From: Acidimicrobiales bacterium
GTDB lineage: Bacteria > Actinomycetota > Acidimicrobiia > Acidimicrobiales > Aldehydirespiratoraceae
Direction: 5' to 3'
Assembly (NCBI GenBank): GCA_022425325.1
Contig: JAKMFW010000037.1
Span: forward strand, 8,127-72,126
DNA length: 64,000 bases
Shown: positions 40,596-47,490 of the stretch, in pieces
How positions within the stretch are numbered: the stretch's first letter is position 1
Layout: every line of letters starts with the position of its first letter
Notes under the pieces: model-generated
What the model saw: only the letters and a program-made list of their open reading frames with translations
Told to the model about the DNA's origin: nothing
Databases searched by the model: none
Translations under genes and position numbers: made by a program

Positions 40596-41599
40596 TCGAC
40601 GACCTGGCGTTCATGGAGCGAGCGGTCGCCAACGCCGCCCGGATCCGCCACTCGACCTCACCCAACCCTTGGGTTGGAGTCGTTGTCGTCGCCCTCGACG
40701 GGCAGGTCTTCGATGGCGCCACCGAACCGCCCGGCGGCCGCCACGCGGAGCGAGTCGCGCTCGATGCCGCCGGCCCCGACGCGACACGCGGTTCGACGCT
40801 CTACACCACACTCGAGCCGTGTGATCACACCGGTCGCACCGGTCCGTGCAGTCACGCCCTCGTTGAGGCCGGCGTTGCTCGGGTCGTCATCGGGGTCGGT
40901 GATCCCGACGGCCACGTTGCCGGCAAGGGCATCAGCACGCTTGAGGCGGCGGGGATCGAGGTCACCGTCGGCGTCGGTGCCGATCTCGTCGCCGAGCAAC
41001 TCGCCCCGTACCTCCACCACCGACGAACGGGCCGTCCATTCGTGGTCGCCAAGCTTGCTGCCAGCCTCGATGGCCGGACGGCAGCGCCCGACGGCACCTC
41101 GCAGTGGATCACCGGACCGGAAGCTCGCGCCGATGCCCATCGACTCCGTGCCGAGAGCGACGCAATCCTCGTTGGCGCCCGCACAGTGCGCAACGACGAC
41201 CCGGCGCTCACGGTCCGCGACTGGCACGCGCCGGAGGGCACTCCGCCGGCGCAAGATCCACTCCGGGTGGTGCTCGGCACGGCGGTGACCAACGCCCGGG
41301 TCCAACCCTGTTTGTCCTGGGACGGGCCAATCGATCGTCTGCTCGAACATCTGGGCGACGACGGGGTCGTGCAGTTGATGGTCGAGGGTGGAGCGCAGGT
41401 CATCGGTGATTTTCATCGCGCCGGACTCATCGACCGGTTCGTGCTATACCAGGCCCCCGTCCTGTTCGGTGGCGACGACGCCAAAGGTCTCTTCACCGGC
41501 GCGGGTGCACCCTCGATCACTGCGGTCGATCGGGGCGAGATCGTCTCGGTCGATCGTGTCGGTGCCGACCTGCGGATCGAGTTCAAACCCGAAGTTTGA
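40592..41599 (+). CDS. ribD: Bifunctional riboflavin biosynthesis deaminase/reductase RibD
   Basis: 335 aa with the CMP/dCMP deaminase zinc motifs HAERVAL and EPCDHTGRTGPC. The C-terminal RibD_C reductase domain is present (KLAASLDGRTAA, MVEGGAQV). Confidence 0.9.
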   Translation: MIDDLAFMERAVANAARIRHSTSPNPWVGVVVVALDGQVFDGATEPPGGRHAERVALDAAGPDATRGSTLYTTLEPCDHTGRTGPCSHALVEAGVARVVIGVGDPDGHVAGKGISTLEAAGIEVTVGVGADLVAEQLAPYLHHRRTGRPFVVAKLAASLDGRTAAPDGTSQWITGPEARADAHRLRAESDAILVGARTVRNDDPALTVRDWHAPEGTPPAQDPLRVVLGTAVTNARVQPCLSWDGPIDRLLEHLGDDGVVQLMVEGGAQVIGDFHRAGLIDRFVLYQAPVLFGGDDAKGLFTGAGAPSITAVDRGEIVSVDRVGADLRIEFKPEV

Positions 41600-41654
41600 T
41601 GGCCGTCGGCCGGTAGCCTCGACGGGGTTCGCCCCCTGCACCCAAGGACCCGCC

Positions 41655-42530
41655 GTGCTGAACCTCGTCCTCCCCAAGGGCTCGCTCGAGAAGGCCACCA
41701 TGGAACTCTTCGAGGCCGCCGACCTCCCGGTCGAGCGGTCGTCGTCGGTCGCCTACAAGGCTTCGATCAATGACCCCCGCATCGCCTCGGTGCGGATTCT
41801 CCGTCCTCAGGAGATCCCGACCTATGTCGCCGAGGGGCTCTTCGACCTCGGCATCACGGGCCGCGACTGGATCGAGGAAACCTCGAGCCAGGTCGAGTCG
41901 CTCGGAGAGTTGAAGTACTCGAAAGCCACCGCCAAGCCGGTGCGCATCGTCATGGCGGTCCCGGAGGACTCGCCGTGGCAGACGATCGCCGACCTGCCGG
42001 CGGGGGTAAAGGTCTCGACCGAATATCCCGAGATCACGAAGCGCCACCTCGAGGCCGCCGGTGTCGACGCCGACGTCCGTCTCTCGTACGGCGCCACCGA
42101 AGCGAAGGTTCCCGACATCGTCGACGTCGTGGTCGACATCACCGAGACCGGCCGGGCCCTCAAGGCCGCCGGCCTCCGCATCATCGAGACCCTCGTCACC
42201 AGCTATACCGAGTTGGTCGCCAACCCGGCGTCGTTCGCCGACCCGGAGAAGGCCCACGCCATGCGTCAGATCCACACGCTCCTCCAAGGCGTGCTCGACG
42301 CTCGCGGCAAGGTGCTCGTGAAGATGAACGTGTCGGCCGAGGCGCTCGATGAGGTCATCGAGATCGTGCCGTCGCTCAAGTCGCCCACCGTGAACGAACT
42401 GTTCCGTGGTGCGGGCTACGCGGTCGAGACGGTCGTGCCCAAGGACGAGATCAACATCTTGATCCCGCAGCTGCGCGACAAGGGCGCCACCGACATCGTC
42501 GAACTCCCGATCTCGAAGATCATCCCCTGA
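41655..42530 (+). CDS. hisG: ATP phosphoribosyltransferase (long form)
   Basis: Track start 41388 lies inside ribD. GTG 41655 gives VLNLVLPKGSLEKATMELF. Also present are RPQEIPTYVAEGLFDLGITGRDW and ETGRALKAAGL, plus a C-terminal regulatory domain of about 75 aa. Confidence 0.85.
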   Translation: MLNLVLPKGSLEKATMELFEAADLPVERSSSVAYKASINDPRIASVRILRPQEIPTYVAEGLFDLGITGRDWIEETSSQVESLGELKYSKATAKPVRIVMAVPEDSPWQTIADLPAGVKVSTEYPEITKRHLEAAGVDADVRLSYGATEAKVPDIVDVVVDITETGRALKAAGLRIIETLVTSYTELVANPASFADPEKAHAMRQIHTLLQGVLDARGKVLVKMNVSAEALDEVIEIVPSLKSPTVNELFRGAGYAVETVVPKDEINILIPQLRDKGATDIVELPISKIIP

Positions 42531-42545
42531 TCCTCGCGTGATGCC

Positions 42546-43343
42546 GTGAGTGCCAGCGCCGTTCTTCTGGTGTTGGCTGCGTCGTTCGGCCACGCGCTCT
42601 GGAACGCACGAACCCATAGCGGCGCGGACCGCCTCGGCACGCTCGTCGTTTCGTACTACGTCGGTGCGCTCTGGTTGACCCCGTGGATCGTCCTCGATCC
42701 GCCGTTCGAGGTCTGGTGGCTGCTGGTGACGAGCGGGCTGTTGCATGCGTCGTACATCACGGCGCTGGCGGCGGCCTACGACCGGGGGGCGCTCGCCGTC
42801 GCGTACCCCGTCGCCCGCGGTTCTGCGCCGCTGGTGGTGGCAGCGCTCGGTATCTGGCTGCTCGACCAGGTGCCGACGCCTTTCACCGTGATCGGTGCGG
42901 TGCTGGTGGCGATCGGGCTCGTGATGATCGGCAATGTCGGGTGGAACACCGGTCAGCGACAGGCGCTCGCACTGGCGCTCACCACCGGTGTTGTCATCGG
43001 CGGCTACACGCTCGTCGACGCGCGAGCGGTCGAGGACGTCAATGGCTGGGCGTTCTTCGCCATGTCGTCGTACCTGGGCGCCACGCTCGCGATCATCGGC
43101 AATCGGCTTCCGATCGAACGGCTACGGGCCTCGCTCCGATCAGGTGTTCCCGTGGGTCTTGCCTCGTCGACGAGTTATGGGCTCATCCTGTTGGCCTACA
43201 CCCGCGCCGACGCGGCGAACGTGGCGACGCTCCGCTCGACCTCGATTCTCTTCGGGCTCGCGTTGGTCCCTCGGACCTTGACCCGCCCGCTCATCGTCGG
43301 TGCGGTGGTCACCGTCGTTGGCGTGGCGCTGGTGACGCTGTAG
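42546..43343 (+). CDS. EamA/DMT-family transporter
   Basis: 265 aa with about 9-10 hydrophobic helices, a duplicated EamA-like pattern and no soluble domain. Confidence 0.65.
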   Translation: MSASAVLLVLAASFGHALWNARTHSGADRLGTLVVSYYVGALWLTPWIVLDPPFEVWWLLVTSGLLHASYITALAAAYDRGALAVAYPVARGSAPLVVAALGIWLLDQVPTPFTVIGAVLVAIGLVMIGNVGWNTGQRQALALALTTGVVIGGYTLVDARAVEDVNGWAFFAMSSYLGATLAIIGNRLPIERLRASLRSGVPVGLASSTSYGLILLAYTRADAANVATLRSTSILFGLALVPRTLTRPLIVGAVVTVVGVALVTL

Positions 43344-43359
43344 GTCAGCGCCAGGAGTT

Positions 43360-43815
43360 TCAGGCCTCGGTGTCCGCCTGCTGCTTGAGCTGCACGAAGG
43401 TCATCCGCAATTGCTGGAGCCCCTCCTGCAGTGTGGGCACGGCCTCACCGAGACGATCGCCGAGCCCGTCGACGAGTGCCGCCATGGCGTCGATGGCGAG
43501 ACCGGCTTCGGCGAAGTTCGGCGTCTGTTGCGAGAGATGCAGCGCTCCGAGCTCGAACAGTCCCATGGCGTGATTGGCGATCACATCGCCGGCCGGTGCC
43601 GACAGCACCTGCTCACGGACGGCAGCCATCTCGCGGATGGCCTCCTCGGCCTGTGCCAGCTGCTCGGGGGAGAGGTCGTCGAGCGTGATGCCGTCAGGGA
43701 GGGATGCGGCGATCGCGTCCTCCATTTCGGGCTCGAGGCCGGTCGGAGCGCCGACGGCGGGTTCGGGATCGCGGGGAACGTTGTGTTCGCCACCAGGTGT
43801 CCACAGAGAGCTCAT
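43360..43815 (-). CDS. DUF1844-type acidic protein
   Basis: 151 aa and acidic, with a conserved helical core (VIANHAMGLFELGALHLSQ...LAEAGLAIDAMAALVDGLG) typical of DUF1844. It is divergent from infC, as in other actinobacteria. Family assignment is from memory. Confidence 0.6.
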   Translation of the reverse strand: MSSLWTPGGEHNVPRDPEPAVGAPTGLEPEMEDAIAASLPDGITLDDLSPEQLAQAEEAIREMAAVREQVLSAPAGDVIANHAMGLFELGALHLSQQTPNFAEAGLAIDAMAALVDGLGDRLGEAVPTLQEGLQQLRMTFVQLKQQADTEA

Positions 43816-43947
43816 GCTGGTACCCTAACGGCCGTACAACTGAGGGAAGTGGGGCCCGGTTCGCCGGATCCTCACCTGGCCACCGATTTGAGGTGCGCCA
43901 GGTCGGCCGATTCGGCAACACCGTGCCATCCGTGGCACGAGGTTTCG

Positions 43948-43984
43948 CGGACGTCGACTCCCGGCGTCCGTTTCGTCGTTTTCG
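43948..43984 (+). promoter_or_regulatory. Terminator-like hairpin plus T-rich tract in the infC leader (candidate attenuator)
   Basis: CGGACG (43948-43953) pairs with CGTCCG (43965-43970) across an 11-nt loop. This is followed immediately by TTTCGTCGTTTTCG. No plus-strand gene ends upstream of it, and it lies about 60 nt before the infC start. Confidence 0.4.
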
Positions 43985-44044
43985 AGCGGCGATCGACGCT
44001 TCCACCCACTACGGAGGTTCCGTGCTCACGAGGAGTTCAGGGCG

Positions 44045-44662
44045 ATAGCACCGCCAAGCAACGAGCCAAGGATCAATGATCGCATCCGAGCCCGCGAGGT
44101 CCGCCTTGTTGGCCAGGATGGTGAACAGATCGGCATCAAGCCACTACCCGAAGCGCTCAACATCGCTCGGGCGGCCGGACTCGACCTGGTCGAGGTCGCA
44201 GATCAGGCGAACCCACCGGTTTGCCGGATCATGGACTACGGCAAGTTCAAGTACGAAGCCGATCAGCGCGCCAAGGAATCGAGGAAGAAGTCCTCGAACC
44301 TGACGGTCAAGGAAATGAAGTACCGGCCCAAGATCGGGCCTGGCGACTTCGACACCAAGACCAGAAAGGTCGAGAAGTTCCTCGGTGAGGGTCACAAGGT
44401 CAAGGTCACGATCATGTTCCGTGGTCGCGAGATGCAGCATCCCGAATTGGGGCGCAAGATCCTCGAGAACGTCGCTGACGAGGTCGACCATGTCGGCAAG
44501 GTGGAGTTCCACCCCCGTCAGGACGGCCGCAACATGGTGATGGTGCTCGCACCGGACAAGCAGGCCCAGGCCCGCCACGAGAAGGAACGCAGGAAGGCCG
44601 AAGCGGCCGCCAACGAGGCAACGGTGGAAGCCGTCGCCCCGGCAGCCGACGAGGAAGAGTGA
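44045..44662 (+). CDS. infC: Translation initiation factor IF-3, non-AUG (ATA) start
   Basis: The track calls only 44231..44662 (MDYGKFKYE...). The same frame is open upstream and encodes the conserved IF-3 N-domain (RINDRIRAREVRLVGQDGEQIGIKPLPEALNIARAAGLDLVEV). It contains no ATG/GTG/TTG. ATA 44045 lies 9 nt downstream of AGGAG (44031-44035). Confidence 0.8.
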   Translation: MAPPSNEPRINDRIRAREVRLVGQDGEQIGIKPLPEALNIARAAGLDLVEVADQANPPVCRIMDYGKFKYEADQRAKESRKKSSNLTVKEMKYRPKIGPGDFDTKTRKVEKFLGEGHKVKVTIMFRGREMQHPELGRKILENVADEVDHVGKVEFHPRQDGRNMVMVLAPDKQAQARHEKERRKAEAAANEATVEAVAPAADEEE

Positions 44663-44663
44663 T

Positions 44664-44710
44664 CTGACCGGAGTTCCGGTCAGCGAGATGCTGGCCGGAT
44701 TCTCCGGCAG
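44664..44710 (+). promoter_or_regulatory. Two tandem, mutually similar hairpins in the infC-rpmI spacer
   Basis: Hairpin 1 is CTGACCGG-AGTT-CCGGTCAG (44664-44683), a perfect 8-bp stem. Hairpin 2 is CTGGCCGGA-TTC-TCCGGCAG (44691-44710), 8 bp with one bulged G. Neither has a U tract. They end 18 nt before the rpmI ATG. Confidence 0.6.
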
Positions 44711-44728
44711 TGAAAGGCAGGACACGAC

Positions 44729-44920
44729 ATGCCGAAGATGAAGACCCACAAGGGTGCTGCCAAGCGCTTCAAGCGCACGGGTAGCGGCAAGCTCATGCGC
44801 CGTCAGGCGAACAAGAACCACATCCTGGAGAAGAAGTCCCCGAAGCGGATTCGTCAGCTTCGTGGTGACGCAGCCGTCGCCAAGGCCGACGAGAAGAACC
44901 TCCGCGACCTGGGCGTCTGA
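44729..44920 (+). CDS. rpmI: 50S ribosomal protein L35
   Basis: 63 aa, beginning [21 protein letters not shown]. Confidence 0.95.
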   Translation: MPKMKTHKGAAKRFKRTGSGKLMRRQANKNHILEKKSPKRIRQLRGDAAVAKADEKNLRDLGV

Positions 44921-44986
44921 GCCCGATATCGCCCGTACGAGATTTTTCTGGCCGGATCTGCGGCCAGCGAGGAGAAGGAGAGAGAG

Positions 44987-45358
44987 ATGGCACGCGTCAA
45001 GCGTTCTGTGCACTCGAAGAAGCGGCGTCGCGTCGTTATGGAGCGGGCCAAGGGCCACTACGGCAACCGGTCCCGCGTCTGGAAGGCTGCCAATGAGTCG
45101 GTCATGCACGCCGGCAACTACGCATTCCGTGACCGTCGTGCCCGCAAGGGCGAGATGCGCAAGTTGTGGATCCAGCGGATCAACGCAGCCTGCCGAGTCA
45201 ACGGCACCACGTACAGCCGGTTCATCGCTGGCCTGAAGGCCGCCGGCATCGAGGTCGACCGCAAGGTCCTCGCCGACCTCGCCGTCAACGAGCCGGAAGC
45301 GTTCACCGCCCTCGTCGAGGCCGCCTCCGCGGCCGGTACCGAGGCCGCCGCTTCCTGA
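44987..45358 (+). CDS. rplT: 50S ribosomal protein L20
   Basis: 123 aa with [15 protein letters not shown] and LADLAV.EP.AF. Confidence 0.95.
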   Translation: MARVKRSVHSKKRRRVVMERAKGHYGNRSRVWKAANESVMHAGNYAFRDRRARKGEMRKLWIQRINAACRVNGTTYSRFIAGLKAAGIEVDRKVLADLAVNEPEAFTALVEAASAAGTEAAAS

Positions 45359-45366
45359 CCGGTCCT

Positions 45367-46131
45367 GTGCGTCCGGTCCTCGGGGCTCAGAATCCGAGAA
45401 TTGCTGAACTGCGCCGCCTGATCGGGCGGCGCAGTTCGCGTTGGGACGACATCGTCATCGAGGGTCCGCGCACCGTCGGCGAGGCGCTCGATGCCGGATA
45501 CCAGCCGTCGGTCGTGATCGTTCCCGAGCACGCCGAGGACGACGCCGCTGTCGTGGCGGTCGAGCGCCGCCTTCCGGCGAGCGCCGAGTTCCTGCTCGTC
45601 CGTGACCACGTGTTCGAGCGGCTGGCGCCCTCCACGACGCCACAACCGATGCTGGCGATCGTCGCTCGCCCCGCTGCTTCCTTGCCCGCCGCACCGTCGG
45701 TCGTGCTGGTTCTGGCGGGCGTCGGTGATCCCGGCAACCTCGGCACCCTCGTGCGGGCCGCGGACGCTGTGGCCGCCGATGCCGTCGTCGTCGTCGATGG
45801 CGCCGACCCGTGGGGCCCAAAGGCCGTGCGGGCTTCCGCTGGTTCGATGTTGCGGGTGCCGATCGTCCAGTACGACCAACTCAGCGATGCTGTCGATGCA
45901 CTGCGTGACGCCGGCGTGACCGTCGTCGGCACCGATGTCACCGGTGGCGAGCCGTTCGATCAGGGCGTCCTCGACCGCCCGGTGGCGATCGTGATGGGTT
46001 CCGAGCCGCACGGTCTCGACCGAGACGTCGACCTCGACGCGTGGGCGCACATCGCGATGCCGGGTCGCACCGAGTCGCTCAATGTTGCGATGGCCGGCAC
46101 CTTGCTGCTCTACGAGGCCTGCCGGAGCTGA
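45367..46131 (+). CDS. TrmH/SpoU-family 23S rRNA methyltransferase (TsnR-like position)
   Basis: Track start 45166 lies inside rplT. GTG 45367 follows the rplT stop. SPOUT motifs are DPGNLGTLVRAADA, AIVMGSEPHGL and IAMPGRTESLNVAMAGTLLLYE. It is downstream of rplT, as in mycobacteria. Confidence 0.8.
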   Translation: MRPVLGAQNPRIAELRRLIGRRSSRWDDIVIEGPRTVGEALDAGYQPSVVIVPEHAEDDAAVVAVERRLPASAEFLLVRDHVFERLAPSTTPQPMLAIVARPAASLPAAPSVVLVLAGVGDPGNLGTLVRAADAVAADAVVVVDGADPWGPKAVRASAGSMLRVPIVQYDQLSDAVDALRDAGVTVVGTDVTGGEPFDQGVLDRPVAIVMGSEPHGLDRDVDLDAWAHIAMPGRTESLNVAMAGTLLLYEACRS

Positions 46132-46410
46132 TCAGGCGAGGAGGTCCTGCTCCTCGGGACGCTCTCGGATGTAGGTGTCGGCGAAGGGGCACAGCGGCAC
46201 GATCTTGCGGTTCGACGCTCGCAGGTCGGCGAGGACCCCTGCCATGAGACGATCGGCCATGCCCTGGCCGCGGTGAGCCGGGTCGGTCTCGACGTGGGGC
46301 ACCACGATGGCGCCCTTACGTTCGTGGTAATCGGCGATCGACACGATGTCGTCGTCGACGACAAGTTCGTACCGTTGCCGTTCGGGATTGTCTCGTACGG
46401 TGTGCTCCAC
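46132..46410 (-). CDS. Small GNAT-like N-acetyltransferase domain protein (about 92 aa)
   Basis: The track ORF 46132..47382 is over-extended antisense through pheS. GTG at 46410 gives VEHTVRDNPERQRYEL...HVETDPAHRGQGMADRLMAGVLADLR...KIVPLCPF. This is the pattern of the short single-domain GNAT (YjdJ-like) family. Confidence 0.65.
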   Translation of the reverse strand: MEHTVRDNPERQRYELVVDDDIVSIADYHERKGAIVVPHVETDPAHRGQGMADRLMAGVLADLRASNRKIVPLCPFADTYIRERPEEQDLLA

Positions 46411-46473
46411 ATCGGCAGTGTGGCACGAAAGGGTGCACGCTCGGCGACGTCGACGCCGTAACCTGAGTCCCCG

Positions 46474-47490
46474 ATGAGCAACGCCGCCGACCTCACCGCC
46501 GATCTCGACGCGCTCGTGGCCGATGCCGTCGAGCGGCTTGCCGACGCCAGCGATCTCGACGCGTTGGCCGCGCTCGACGCCGAACTCCTCGGCAAGAAGT
46601 CCGCGGTCACAGCCGCCAAGAAGCAGTTGGGTGGCCTCGATCCCGACGATCGAAAGGTGGCCGGTCAGGCCATCAATGCCGCTCGCACATCGCTTGAGGC
46701 GGCGGTCGCAGCGGCCCGGGAACGTCTCGCTGCCGGCGCACGGGCCGCCCAGTACGAGGCCGAGCGACTCGATCTCAGCGAGAAACTCGGCGAGATTCGT
46801 CGGGGCTCGCTTCACCTCAACACGCAGGCCCGCGACCGTCTCGAAGATGTTTTCGTCGGTATGGGCTTCACCATCGCCGAAGGTCCCGAGGTCGAGACGG
46901 CCTGGTACAACTTCGAGGCGTTGAACATCCCCGAATGGCACCCGGCCCGAGGAAGCTTCGACACCATCTTCGTCAATCTCGGCGAACCCGAAGAGGTCAT
47001 GCTCCGCTCGCACACGTCGCCGGTGCAGATCCGCACCATGGAGAACCAGGAGCCGCCGATCTACATCGTCGCTCCCGGCCGGACCTTCCGCACCGACACT
47101 GCCGACGCCACCCATCTTCCCGCCTTCAACCAGATCGAAGGTCTCGTCGTCGATCGAGGCATCACGCTGGGCGACCTCTCCGGCACGATGGACGAGTTCG
47201 TGCGCGCCTTCTTCGGCGGTGAGGTCAAGACCCGCCTCCGTCCGTCGTACTTCCCGTTCACCGAGCCGTCGGCCGAGTTCGACATCTCCCGCCCCGACGG
47301 CTCGTGGCTGGAGCTCGGTGGCTGCGGGATGGTGCACCCGAACGTGTTGCGCAACTGCGGCATCGACCCCGAAGAATGGCAAGGCTTTGCCTTCGGCTTC
47401 GGTATCGACCGCCTTGCGGTCATGCGCTACGAACTCGACGACATCCGCGAGCTCGTCAACAACGACGTCCGCTTCCTGAGGCAGTTCTGA
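46474..47490 (+). CDS. pheS: Phenylalanine--tRNA ligase alpha subunit
   Basis: 338 aa with an N-terminal coiled coil and class II motifs (HPARGSFDT, FRTDT.DATH, FPFTEPSAEFD, GCGMVHPNV). Confidence 0.95.
   Translation: MSNAADLTADLDALVADAVERLADASDLDALAALDAELLGKKSAVTAAKKQLGGLDPDDRKVAGQAINAARTSLEAAVAAARERLAAGARAAQYEAERLDLSEKLGEIRRGSLHLNTQARDRLEDVFVGMGFTIAEGPEVETAWYNFEALNIPEWHPARGSFDTIFVNLGEPEEVMLRSHTSPVQIRTMENQEPPIYIVAPGRTFRTDTADATHLPAFNQIEGLVVDRGITLGDLSGTMDEFVRAFFGGEVKTRLRPSYFPFTEPSAEFDISRPDGSWLELGGCGMVHPNVLRNCGIDPEEWQGFAFGFGIDRLAVMRYELDDIRELVNNDVRFLRQF

Noticed and set aside
41388-41654. 89-codon N-terminal extension of hisG in the ORF track
   Set aside because: It overlaps the ribD 3' end in another frame. 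The conserved HisG N-terminus (LNLVLPKGSL) begins at GTG 41655.
46411-47382. Upstream part of the 416-aa minus ORF 46132..47382
   Set aside because: It is antisense to pheS. Only the last 92 codons resemble a known (small GNAT) family.
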